From positions 69,296 to 133,295 of the forward strand of contig JAPLXQ010000010.1 of NCBI GenBank assembly GCA_026395995.1: a DNA stretch of 64,000 nucleotides. The letters are read 5' to 3'. Made by a program: the position numbers and the translations under genes. Positions 18,869 to 28,005 of the stretch are shown here, in pieces (positions within the stretch are counted from its first letter, which is position 1; every line of letters begins with the position of its first letter). The DNA comes from Candidatus Nomurabacteria bacterium. GTDB taxonomy: Bacteria; Patescibacteriota; Minisyncoccia; Phycocordibacterales; UBA9973. A model generated the notes under the pieces. It had not been told where the DNA came from. It searched no databases and worked only from the letters and a program-made list of their open reading frames with translations.

Positions 18869-20122
18869 ATGACAAAAATAAAAAAAGTTACGGGGAGGGA
18901 AATAATAGATTCACGGGGGAATCCGACTGTCGAAGTCGAGTGTGAACTTGAGAGTGGGGCAGTGGCTGTGGCGGGTGTGCCGTCTGGGGCGAGTACAGGA
19001 ATACATGAAGCTTTGGAATTGCGAGATGCAGATAAGGCTAGGTACAACGGCCTCGGAGTTTTGAATGCAGTAAATAATGTAAACACAATAATCAATGAAA
19101 ATATTTCTGGAAAAGAATTTGATCAGAAATCTTTAGATGAGGCATTGATAAATTTAGATGGAACAAAAAATAAATCCAAACTCGGAGCGAATGCAATACT
19201 CGGTGTGTCGCTCGCTTTTGCTCGTGCAGTCGCAAATGAAAAGAAAATAAATTTATATGAATATTTAGGGAGCTTAGTAGGGAATACAGAATATGCTTTA
19301 CCCGAGCCGATGTTTAATGTTATCAATGGTGGTAAACATGCCGACAGTGGACTCGACATTCAAGAATTTATGATTATCCCTGTCGGTATAAAAACTTTTA
19401 AAGAAAAAGTCCGTGTAGTTTCAGAAGTGATTTCAGCTTTGAAAAAAGTTTTAGTGGAAAAAGGATTTGGTGTCGGAGTAGGGGATGAAGGTGGCTTTGC
19501 ACCAAAACTCGCTTCCAATGAAGAAGCTTTTGATATTTTAATTATGGCGATACAAAATGCTGGTTATACTACAGAGCAAATAAAGATCGGTATTGATGCT
19601 GCAGCATCTAGCTTCTTCTTCGAGGGAATGTATAAATTAAAAATAGCAGGGGAGGAGAAAAGTTTTAATACCGATGAAATGATAGCTTGGTATGAAAAGC
19701 TCGTATCTACATACCCGATAATTTCTATCGAAGATGGACTCGACGAAGAAGACTGGGCGGGATTTGTATCATTAAATAAAAAACTCGGAGACAAGATAAA
19801 AATAATAGGGGATGACCTTCTTGTGACGAATATAGAAAAAATCCAAAAAGCTATTTCAGAAAATGCTGTGAATTCTGTTTTGATAAAATTGAATCAAATC
19901 GGAACTTTGTCTGAGACAATCGACGCAATACAAATGACTAAAAAACAAAATTGGAACGCTATCGTTTCGCACCGTTCAGGGGAGACAAATGATACATTTA
20001 TCGCCGACCTTGCCGTAGGACTATCATGTGGTTACATAAAATCTGGCTCACTAACCCGCGAAGAAAGAGTCTGTAAATATAATCGTTTGATGGAGATAGA
20101 AGAGAATTTACTATCTAAATAA
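18869..20122 (+). CDS. eno: Enolase
   Basis: DSRGNPTVE, PSGASTG, GDEGGF, SHRSGET. Confidence 0.97.
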   Translation: MTKIKKVTGREIIDSRGNPTVEVECELESGAVAVAGVPSGASTGIHEALELRDADKARYNGLGVLNAVNNVNTIINENISGKEFDQKSLDEALINLDGTKNKSKLGANAILGVSLAFARAVANEKKINLYEYLGSLVGNTEYALPEPMFNVINGGKHADSGLDIQEFMIIPVGIKTFKEKVRVVSEVISALKKVLVEKGFGVGVGDEGGFAPKLASNEEAFDILIMAIQNAGYTTEQIKIGIDAAASSFFFEGMYKLKIAGEEKSFNTDEMIAWYEKLVSTYPIISIEDGLDEEDWAGFVSLNKKLGDKIKIIGDDLLVTNIEKIQKAISENAVNSVLIKLNQIGTLSETIDAIQMTKKQNWNAIVSHRSGETNDTFIADLAVGLSCGYIKSGSLTREERVCKYNRLMEIEENLLSK

Positions 20123-20128
20123 AAATTG

Positions 20129-20215
20129 CGGAGGATGTGAGATTCGAACTCACGGACCCTTTTACAGGTCGGCGGTTTAGTAAACCGCTAGTTTAAACCA
20201 CTCACTCAATCCTCC
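20129..20215 (-). tRNA. tRNA-Ser with ACT anticodon
   Basis: Minus strand GGAGGAT...ATCCTCC-G; anticodon arm GCGGT-TT-ACT-AA-ACCGC; long variable arm; GTTCGAATC. Confidence 0.9.
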
Positions 20216-20265
20216 AAGATTGTATTGCTATTGTAATTTATTTTGTAATTTTATACAATAGAAGT

Positions 20266-21303
20266 ATGGTAGAGACGTTAATATTAAATAGGATAAAATT
20301 TAATAAAAAAGGAATTCAAAAAAAGCTTATTTTGCAAGCTAAAAAGTCTTTAAATTTAACATGGTCTGAATTTGCTAAAGAATTAGGTGTAAGTACTAGA
20401 ACACTTACAAATTGGAGTTGTGAAAAGTTAAATATGTCTTTTGTCTCTGCTGAAAGAATTTCAAAATTAACAGATCTTAAAATTCCTAAAGGCTATTTAG
20501 TTATAAAATGGGATGATCATTTAAGAAAGATTAGTGCATCTGGTGGAAAGAGTAGTTTCAAAAAACATGGAAGAGTTGGTGGTGATGAAATATATAGAAA
20601 AAATAAATGGAAAGAATGGTGGACTAAAAATGGAAAGTATCAAAAAGCTCCTAGTGGTTATAATTCATTGTTAAATATAAAAAAACCAAAACATAATAAA
20701 TTGCTTGCTGAATATGTCGGTATTATGCTAGGTGATGGTGGAATAGCAAAATATTCTACGACAATTACTCTTTCAAATGAAGAAATAAATTATGTTAATT
20801 ATATATCAAGTTTGATAAATAAATTATTCGGTTTGACCCCAAAAGTTTATAAAAAGAAAAACGCTAATGCTGTCGATATAGTAGTTCAAAGAAAAGCTTT
20901 GGTAGATTTTTGCCAAAGTATTGGACTTGTTCAGGGAAATAAAGTTAAACATCAAGTAGATATTCCAAGCTGGGTCAAAGAGAATAAAAGTTTTTCGATA
21001 GAATGTGTTAGGGGATTAATAGATACTGATGGGTGCTTTTACACTAATTCGTATTATGTGAATGGTAAAAAATATTTTTATTTTAAAATTGCTTTTAAAA
21101 ACAGTTCTTTGCCGTTAATTAAATCAGTGGCAGAGATTTTAGCTAGTTTAGGAGTAAAAGTGAGAATAAGTAGAAATTTAAAAGACGTGCGAATTGAAGA
21201 AAAAGAATCAGTTTTAAAATATATAAAGGAAATAGGGACATATAATGATAAACATTTACAAAAAATAATAAAATGGAAAAATAGCAAAAATATGTTAGAG
21301 TAG
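20266..21303 (+). CDS. HTH plus LAGLIDADG homing-endonuclease-like protein
   Basis: N-terminal XRE-like HTH (FAKELGVSTRTLTNW); LAEYVGIMLGDG and VRGLIDTDG motifs. Confidence 0.85.
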   Translation: MVETLILNRIKFNKKGIQKKLILQAKKSLNLTWSEFAKELGVSTRTLTNWSCEKLNMSFVSAERISKLTDLKIPKGYLVIKWDDHLRKISASGGKSSFKKHGRVGGDEIYRKNKWKEWWTKNGKYQKAPSGYNSLLNIKKPKHNKLLAEYVGIMLGDGGIAKYSTTITLSNEEINYVNYISSLINKLFGLTPKVYKKKNANAVDIVVQRKALVDFCQSIGLVQGNKVKHQVDIPSWVKENKSFSIECVRGLIDTDGCFYTNSYYVNGKKYFYFKIAFKNSSLPLIKSVAEILASLGVKVRISRNLKDVRIEEKESVLKYIKEIGTYNDKHLQKIIKWKNSKNMLE

Positions 21304-21313
21304 TTGGGTCAAA

Positions 21314-21402
21314 GGAACCGTGTCTGAGCGGTCTAAGGTACCTCTTTGCTAAAGAGGCAGGGGCTTTAAAACCCCTCGCGAGTTCGAATCTCGCCGGTTC
21401 CG
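21314..21402 (+). tRNA. tRNA-Ser(GCT)
   Basis: GGAACCG...CGGTTCC-G; CCTCT-TT-GCT-AA-AGAGG; long variable arm. Confidence 0.95.
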
Positions 21403-21534
21403 CAACAAATCTAAACCCAAATCCGCGGCGACCGCGTTTTTCGCGTGAATTTGGATTTTTTACGGTATCTGATGGACAAAGTTCGAAATTACTTCGAGCA
21501 GAACCCCAATGATTTAAAAAGCTTTAGCTTTTTA

Positions 21535-21558
21535 TTTTGGCGAAATTCGGGCGGGCTT
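21535..21558. repeat. Left arm of a 24-bp perfect inverted repeat
   Basis: ttttggcgaaattcgggcgggctt; reverse complement at 23647-23670. Confidence 0.9.
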
Positions 21559-21629
21559 CCATAAATACATACTATCATATTATTCTAAGTTTGAATATCC
21601 TTGTTGTGAATATACACTTATGATATACT

Positions 21630-21851
21630 ATGGGTAAATCAATTAGAACAAAAGAATACGGAGTATTCGTCAAAAGTCTTCGCCAAGCTCGTGAAGAAAT
21701 GGGATTAACACAGGTTGAGGTCGCAAAGAAACTTAAAAGACCACAATCGTACATTTCTAAATGTGAAGCTGGCGAACAAAGGATTGATGTGGTTGAATTA
21801 AATAAGTTTGCGAAACTTTATAAAAAAAACATTGGATACTTTATAAGTTAA
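21630..21851 (+). CDS. XRE family HTH regulator
   Basis: LRQAREEMGLTQVEVAKKL..PQSYISKCE.G. Confidence 0.9.
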   Translation: MGKSIRTKEYGVFVKSLRQAREEMGLTQVEVAKKLKRPQSYISKCEAGEQRIDVVELNKFAKLYKKNIGYFIS

Positions 21852-21861
21852 TTATAAAATT

Positions 21862-22512
21862 ATGGAAAACAAAGAAAAACAAAATAATTTGCCTTGGATA
21901 ATTGTTGGTGTAGTTGTAATCGTTTTTATTATTTTTTTGGTAAGTAGTTCTAACAAAGGAAACACGAATCAATCAGGTAATTCTCCAACAAATAGTATAA
22001 CTGGATTTTTTACGCCAGAAAGTGATGCTCAAATAAAATGCAAATCAGTTACTCAAAAAGCCTTCGATAATTGGTCGGGGAAATTATCTAAGCAACTTTA
22101 CGATTCCATAATGATTGGTACCGACACAGGTCAAATAATCAATACTGGCTCAACTGTTGATTACAAATATAATTACAATACTGATGTAAATCTTTGTTTT
22201 ATGGAATATGTTTTTTCATGGAAAGTTAAAAAGGTTAGTTCGGGAAATGAAGGACAGGTTGATATAAAAGTTGTGCAAACACTCTTTTCTGATACCAACG
22301 ACCCTACAACCACAGGAAATACAGCTCTCGCAACTTTAGCTACAGGAACTGGCCCAAGTGGAAGTCAACTAGTACAACTTTGTTCTGTTATGGTGCCAGG
22401 GCATTATGACGACCCAACACAAAAACCAGTAGGCGAATTACTTGCTCCTACACAATGCAAGTCGGAATCAGAGTTTAATTCATTGGTGCTCGAAAGATTT
22501 GGCATTAAGTAG
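21862..22512 (+). CDS. Membrane-anchored hypothetical protein
   Basis: N-terminal TM helix followed by a Thr/Ser-rich domain with 4 Cys. Confidence 0.7.
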   Translation: MENKEKQNNLPWIIVGVVVIVFIIFLVSSSNKGNTNQSGNSPTNSITGFFTPESDAQIKCKSVTQKAFDNWSGKLSKQLYDSIMIGTDTGQIINTGSTVDYKYNYNTDVNLCFMEYVFSWKVKKVSSGNEGQVDIKVVQTLFSDTNDPTTTGNTALATLATGTGPSGSQLVQLCSVMVPGHYDDPTQKPVGELLAPTQCKSESEFNSLVLERFGIK

Positions 22513-22520
22513 TAAATTTT

Positions 22521-22925
22521 GTGCAAAAACTTTCAAAAAAATCCTTAATATCATTAGTAGTAATAATTCTTTTGATATTTTTGGGTTTATATTTCTCGCG
22601 AGATTCTATAACCAAACAATGGAAAGAATTTCAATTGAATAAAGAATTCGTTTGCCCAGAAAATCAAACTGCTGAACAAGCTGACGCTTATCGGTATAAG
22701 CAAACTAAATTTTACGTAGATAATTACCCCGATATAACCTTTCAGAATTTTTTAAGTAGGCGTATGCAACTTTTAGTTTCTCATAAATGTTCAGTTACTC
22801 TGCAGAATCTAGCGAATGATAATAATGGTGTATTGCCAGATCAAAATTCTGTTAATGAACTTAAAAATGCACCTTACGGACCAAACAATCTAACTCTAAA
22901 AGAAATGGCGAAAAATTTAAAATAA
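22521..22925 (+). CDS. Membrane-anchored hypothetical protein
   Basis: GTG start, N-terminal TM helix. Confidence 0.65.
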   Translation: MQKLSKKSLISLVVIILLIFLGLYFSRDSITKQWKEFQLNKEFVCPENQTAEQADAYRYKQTKFYVDNYPDITFQNFLSRRMQLLVSHKCSVTLQNLANDNNGVLPDQNSVNELKNAPYGPNNLTLKEMAKNLK

Positions 22926-22930
22926 TTAAG

Positions 22931-23497
22931 ATGGAAAGCGCAGAACAAGATTGTCATATGTTGGAAGAATATCTAAAGGTATTTCAAGATTTGATGTTGA
23001 CCATTTTACAGCGTCGCGCTCTTTTTAGAGCTTTTGAGGAATCCTTGATTGGTAAAAATATATCTGATGAAAATCCTTTTTTAAAATTTTATGCAGGTGA
23101 TTATAGGCGTTCTCAATTTGCTGATTTAAGAAAATTTTTTGATAATAACAAACGATACCCGACTTATAAGTTTTCTTTTATTACGGAACATTGTTCCGAT
23201 AAAACTATTCTAGATAGCCATAAAGAATTATTAAAAAGTTGGCAAGATAAATTTCAGGACATCGCAAATAAAATTGATTTTCATATTGAACAAGGGTTTG
23301 TGGCTACTCCTGTCTTCAAAAAACAATTTGATGATTTCACTGACGAAGTAAATGAATATATTGATAAGGTCATTGAGGTTTTGGTAAAGGACGGTCATAA
23401 AATAAGTTATCAAATGGGAAGAAAATCAGAATCTGATTTTCTAGTGAATTGGCAAAAAGAATATTTTGATGAGTTTAAGAAGATTGTTTGCGAATAG
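22931..23497 (+). CDS. Hypothetical protein, possibly AbiU2-like HEPN
   Basis: Helical; LRKFFD and ANKIDFH weakly resemble HEPN motifs. Confidence 0.45.
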   Translation: MESAEQDCHMLEEYLKVFQDLMLTILQRRALFRAFEESLIGKNISDENPFLKFYAGDYRRSQFADLRKFFDNNKRYPTYKFSFITEHCSDKTILDSHKELLKSWQDKFQDIANKIDFHIEQGFVATPVFKKQFDDFTDEVNEYIDKVIEVLVKDGHKISYQMGRKSESDFLVNWQKEYFDEFKKIVCE

Positions 23498-23646
23498 GGA
23501 GCAATCCCCGCCGTTTTATAATGTTTCTTCAAAACGGCGTGGATTTGTGCGCGAACGGGTGGGTGGGTCAAGCACATAAAGAAATTTAGGACTCGCCATC
23601 CTTTTTTTTGTTATAATTGTATGGTGAGACATTTTTTTGAATTTAT

Positions 23647-23670
23647 AAGCCCGCCCGAATTTCGCCAAAA
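23647..23670. repeat. Right arm of the 24-bp perfect inverted repeat
   Basis: aagcccgcccgaatttcgccaaaa. Confidence 0.9.
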
Positions 23671-23886
23671 CAAAAAGAGGAGCAAGCGGAGGATTCCTCC
23701 CCAGACCCCTCCTCCTCCGTTTGCGACATCCGAATTCAGAAAAAAGGAATCAGCCGAAGTTTTGCGGAATCCTTTCCCCAGAAAATTGTTTCCGCAAAAC
23801 TTCGTCCGCATTGTTTCAGATTTCTTTTTCTGGATTTTCTTCGAAAAAAGTTCGAATTTTGTCCAGAATATACCGCAAATGTTTTT

Positions 23887-23975
23887 GGAACCGTGTCTGA
23901 GCGGTCTAACGTACCTCTTTGCTAAAGAGGCAGGGGCTTTAAAACCCCTCGCGAGTTCGAATCTCGCCGGTTCCG
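23887..23975 (+). tRNA. tRNA-Ser(GCT), second copy with a D-stem mismatch
   Basis: Identical to 21314-21402 except G>C at 23910. Confidence 0.85.
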
Positions 23976-24012
23976 CTTGTAATAATTTTATACATTTAAC
24001 GGCAATAATAAT

Positions 24013-24270
24013 ATGAACGGTACAAATTGGTCGGAAGTTTTCTTTTTTATTTCTTCAATAGGTTTTATATCTCTATGGGTTTTAACTATAGTATTTTTAT
24101 TTTACTTGATAAAAACTATGCACACTTTTTCTAGAATTATGAACAAATTAGAAAAAGATATAGAGAATATAAGTGAAGAAGCAAAAGATATGATAGACGA
24201 TGTGCGAGACAATATGATTTTCAAATTTTTATTCGGGAAAAAGAAGAAACATCACAAGGTTAAAAAATAG
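24013..24270 (+). CDS. Small membrane protein
   Basis: TM helix followed by a coiled/charged tail. Confidence 0.7.
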   Translation: MNGTNWSEVFFFISSIGFISLWVLTIVFLFYLIKTMHTFSRIMNKLEKDIENISEEAKDMIDDVRDNMIFKFLFGKKKKHHKVKK

Positions 24271-24312
24271 TTTTAATAATAATTAATTGTGCAAATCACA
24301 ATTGAAAAAAGA

Positions 24313-24630
24313 ATGAAAAAAACAAAAGGAATGTCAGTAGGGAAGAAGGTGGCAATAGGTGCAGGAGTAGCAGCTATCGGAGCAATAGGAGCGTATGCTT
24401 TTATGGGTCCAAATGGAAAAAAGAATCAAAAGAAAGCGAAAGTTTTAGTAAATAAAATGGTTAAGACAGAAAAGAAAATCCAAAAAGATTGGAAAAATTT
24501 AAAAACAAAAGCCGGACCATCTCTAAAAGAATTCAAAGCTACCGTAAAGAAAGTAGCAGGCCAAACAAAAAAAGAAATTAAGAAAGAGGTAAAGAAAGCT
24601 AAAAAAGTAATAAAAAAGATTAGTAAGTAA
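24313..24630 (+). CDS. Lysine-rich hypothetical protein
   Basis: Gly/Ala hydrophobic segment followed by a K-rich tail. Confidence 0.7.
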   Translation: MKKTKGMSVGKKVAIGAGVAAIGAIGAYAFMGPNGKKNQKKAKVLVNKMVKTEKKIQKDWKNLKTKAGPSLKEFKATVKKVAGQTKKEIKKEVKKAKKVIKKISK

Positions 24631-24743
24631 ATACAATAATTATTGATTCTTGCAACAAAAAGTCACTCAAATAGACTTGTAGTTTTTACTGATAAAATAT
24701 AAGGAGGATTTACTATTTTCTTTATAGTGTTATGATTCTTTCT

Positions 24744-25007
24744 ATGGCAACAATAACAAAAAAGATTGATACAGAGTGGTTTGAATTAATTTTGTCTGGA
24801 AAGAAAAAATATGAGCTTCGACTTGCTGATTTTGATATTCAAGAAGGGGATACAATCAGGCTTGAAGAGTATAATGAAGAAAAAATACCTACTGGAAGAT
24901 TTATCGAAAAGATCGTGACTTACGTTCGAAAACCAGATTTATCTGAATGGATAGAAAAACAACCAGAACTTTTAGAAAAGTCTTTTTATGTTATTTCGTT
25001 TGAGTAA
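24744..25007 (+). CDS. ASCH/DUF3850-like domain protein
   Basis: FELILSGKKKYELRL.D...EGD.I.L.E...TGR. Confidence 0.8.
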   Translation: MATITKKIDTEWFELILSGKKKYELRLADFDIQEGDTIRLEEYNEEKIPTGRFIEKIVTYVRKPDLSEWIEKQPELLEKSFYVISFE

Positions 25008-25015
25008 TATTTTTT

Positions 25016-25522
25016 ATGGCTTTGAATATTCAAACAAAAAATAATACAGAACAAGAATTAGCCACTAAAGTGGTTATTGAATATGTTATTAAAAAGTATT
25101 CTGTACCTTTGTATACTTCCAATGTACTTATTGAAGAAAAGGTTATTCCACATTCTCATCCTGTTTTGACTTTAAATACTCGAACGACTGAGCCGTTATT
25201 TGTATTAAAGACTTTTGTACATGAGCAGTTTCATTGGTTTGTACAAAATAATGAAAAATATGCTGAATGTATTATGTATTTAAAAAAGTACCCTGATTTA
25301 GGAGATTGTAATAAAACTGGCACGTATCCAAACAGTTTTTGGGAGCATTTGATTGTTTGCTGGAATACGAAAAATTTCTTGAATCAATTGCTTGATATAG
25401 AAAAAATTAATTTCATTGATACTGATCGAAAAGTATATCCATTGACAGAAAAGTTTGTTGAGGAAAATTTTGAAACTTTAAAGAAAGATTTATCTAAATG
25501 GCAAATGGTATATAATTTTTAA
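25016..25522 (+). CDS. Hypothetical protein with HExxH motif
   Basis: IPHSHPVLTL, FVHEQFHW. Confidence 0.65.
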   Translation: MALNIQTKNNTEQELATKVVIEYVIKKYSVPLYTSNVLIEEKVIPHSHPVLTLNTRTTEPLFVLKTFVHEQFHWFVQNNEKYAECIMYLKKYPDLGDCNKTGTYPNSFWEHLIVCWNTKNFLNQLLDIEKINFIDTDRKVYPLTEKFVEENFETLKKDLSKWQMVYNF

Positions 25523-26190
25523 TGCGCTAAAGTAAAAGCTATTACTTTTTTAGCTCCAGCATTTTTTAGTATTTTTCTAGCTTCGTTTAAGGTTGCGCCG
25601 GTGGTCGTCACATCGTCTATTAATATTATATTTCTATTTTTTATTTTAGCTTCATTGATAATTCCAAAAGTCCCGATGAGATTTTGTAATCTTTTATTTC
25701 GATCACGAATGAGGGCTTGATGCTCAGTCTCTTTTGTTTTTATTAAAACATTATTTACTAATTCCCAATATACGCCATGGCGTATATTGTTTGATTGATT
25801 ATTTATTTTAATTAAATGTTTACAGACTAATTCGGCTTGGTTGAAACCCCGCTCATTTGTTCTCTTTTTAGAAAGGGGAATAGGGATCAGGATTGGCTCG
25901 CGGAAATTTTCGAAAATTGAGAGATCAGTAAGTTCTTCATTTATTTTTCCATATAAGCTTTCTGCGAAAATTTCCGCGAGCCTTTTTTTACCTTTATATT
26001 TTAGTAGACTAATAGCTTTTTTAATCGGTGGATGTCGATAATCATATAAAGCAAAAATCCATTTTACCGTTTCTCTTTCGGCTATGGGAAAACTAGAAAT
26101 ACAATCTAAACATAAAATTTCTCCAGATTTTTTACAAGAGAGGCAATTCACAGGAAATATTAAATTCAATATAGTATTTAAAATACTCAT
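25519..26190 (-). CDS. comF: ComF family competence protein
   Basis: N-terminal CxxC..CxxC, RGFNQA, LIDDVTTTGATL. Confidence 0.92.
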   Translation of the reverse strand: MSILNTILNLIFPVNCLSCKKSGEILCLDCISSFPIAERETVKWIFALYDYRHPPIKKAISLLKYKGKKRLAEIFAESLYGKINEELTDLSIFENFREPILIPIPLSKKRTNERGFNQAELVCKHLIKINNQSNNIRHGVYWELVNNVLIKTKETEHQALIRDRNKRLQNLIGTFGIINEAKIKNRNIILIDDVTTTGATLNEARKILKNAGAKKVIAFTLAH

Positions 26191-26220
26191 ATGTTATAAT
26201 ATATAGATATTTTATCATAT

Positions 26221-27351
26221 ATGGCGAACCCATTTCAAAAATTAATAGATGCAAGTAAAGGTATCTTCTCTAGTAGCTCATCAGAGAGTGCTGTAGGTAT
26301 TGATATAGGAACTTCTGCTATAAAAGTAGTTCAAATAAAAAAGAAAGCTGGACGTGCTGTTCTTGAGACTTATGGTGCTGTCTCTCTCGGTCCCTATGCT
26401 GGTATTGATATTGGACGAGTGACAAATTTAAATGAAGAAAAAATAATTGAAGCATTAAAAGAAGTTATTAAACAATCTGGTGTCACTACTATATCATCAG
26501 CCTTAGCTATTCCTTCTCAGTCTAGCTTGGTTTTTTCTTTTGAACTTCCGTCTCAGGTAAAAGAAAGTGATATGGCAAGTATAGTGCCAACAGAAGCACG
26601 TAAATATATTCCTGTACCAATGTCAGAAGTTACTCTTGATTGGTTTTTATTACCTAAAAAACAACCTAGTTTTGAAGAAGAAAATAATCCAAATATTCCT
26701 ATTGTACAAGAGCAAAATAATGAAGTTTTAGTTGTGGCTATACAAAATGAAGCAGTTTCCAAATATAGTACAATTATGAATCAGTCAGGTCTCGATGCTA
26801 GTTTTTTTGAATTAGAAATATTCTCTTCTATTCGTTCTAATTTTGAACACGAACTTTCTCCAGTTTTAATTCTTGATTTTGGTGCAAGTAAAACAAAGCT
26901 TTCAATTGTAGAATTTGGTTCTGTAAAAAGTTTTCATACAATCACTCGTGGTTCAGCTGATATTACAGAATCTATTTCTAAATCCTTAGATATTACTTTT
27001 GGCAAAGCAGAAGAAATGAAAAAAGAATTTGGTTTGTTTGGTAATGGAGCAGAAAAAAGTTTAACAGATATTATTAAAATTCATACAGACTATTTGTTTT
27101 CAGAAACAAATAGTGTTTTATTAAACTATGAAAAGAAGTATAATAAAGCTATTAGTAAAGTTATTTTAACAGGTGGCGGATCTCTCCTAAAAGGTTTTAA
27201 GGAAGTAGCAATTAGTAATTTTCCAACTCAAGTAGAAATGGGTAACCCGTTTTCAAAGGTTGATGCACCGGTTTTCTTGGAAAAAGTTTTAGAATCCACA
27301 GGTCCAGAGTTTGCAGTTGCTTTGGGTCTTGCTTTGAGGAAGTTACAATGA
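26221..27351 (+). CDS. pilM: Type IV pilus assembly protein PilM
   Basis: GIDIGTSAIK, LDFGASKT, LTGGG, AVALGLALR; locus context. Confidence 0.92.
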   Translation: MANPFQKLIDASKGIFSSSSSESAVGIDIGTSAIKVVQIKKKAGRAVLETYGAVSLGPYAGIDIGRVTNLNEEKIIEALKEVIKQSGVTTISSALAIPSQSSLVFSFELPSQVKESDMASIVPTEARKYIPVPMSEVTLDWFLLPKKQPSFEEENNPNIPIVQEQNNEVLVVAIQNEAVSKYSTIMNQSGLDASFFELEIFSSIRSNFEHELSPVLILDFGASKTKLSIVEFGSVKSFHTITRGSADITESISKSLDITFGKAEEMKKEFGLFGNGAEKSLTDIIKIHTDYLFSETNSVLLNYEKKYNKAISKVILTGGGSLLKGFKEVAISNFPTQVEMGNPFSKVDAPVFLEKVLESTGPEFAVALGLALRKLQ

Positions 27352-27392
27352 GATAATGTATATACACCGAGTGTGATCTTTTTAAATCAACT

Positions 27393-28004
27393 ATGGAACA
27401 AAATTTTCAAACATCATTTATACCAAAAAAACCAATGGTAGAAGAACAAGTTGTACGTTCACGTCCGACTAGTTTTTTTACGATCCTTTCTATTTTTATT
27501 TTCTTCACTGTTGTATTGGCTTCAGGTGGTGTTTATTTCTATCAAATATCGTTGACTAATCAAGCTGATCAAATGGCCAAGGATTTGAGTATTGCTCAAA
27601 ATCGTTTTGAGCCGACTTTGATATCCAAATTACAACAATTAGACAAAAGATTGAATTCTGCAAATCAAATATTATCAAAGCACGTAGCAGTCTCTCCAGT
27701 TTTTGATTTGTTGCAAAAGGTTACACTGAAGACTATTCGTTATTCTAAATTTTCTTATACTTTAGGTGATACTGCTAGCTCAAAAATTAATATTACAATG
27801 ACAGGGCAGGCAATAGGTTATCGATCAATAGCTTTACAATCTGATGTTTTTACAAAATACAGTCAGGATATAATAGACCCAGTTTTTTCTAATCTTTCTT
27901 TGGATGCTAAAAATAATGTTGTCTTTAACTTAGATTTTTCTATTAATCCTTCTTTTGTAAATTATAAACAGTTGATTTCTCAAGGTAATCTTTCAACACA
28001 ATAA
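27393..28004 (+). CDS. PilN-like membrane protein
   Basis: TM helix plus coiled coil; follows pilM. Confidence 0.6.
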   Translation: MEQNFQTSFIPKKPMVEEQVVRSRPTSFFTILSIFIFFTVVLASGGVYFYQISLTNQADQMAKDLSIAQNRFEPTLISKLQQLDKRLNSANQILSKHVAVSPVFDLLQKVTLKTIRYSKFSYTLGDTASSKINITMTGQAIGYRSIALQSDVFTKYSQDIIDPVFSNLSLDAKNNVVFNLDFSINPSFVNYKQLISQGNLSTQ

Positions 28005-28005
28005 T

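Larger units (their letters stand above)
21403..23886. mobile_element. Putative integrated cassette between duplicated tRNA-Ser genes
   Basis: 89-bp tRNA direct repeats; nested inverted repeats 21460-21507/23831-23878 and 21535-21558/23647-23670; accessory genes inside. Confidence 0.55.

Noticed and set aside
23611-24016. ORFs 23621-24016 (+) and 23611-23811 (-)
   Set aside because: They overlap the repeat and hairpin element and the tRNA copy; low-complexity translations, probably non-coding
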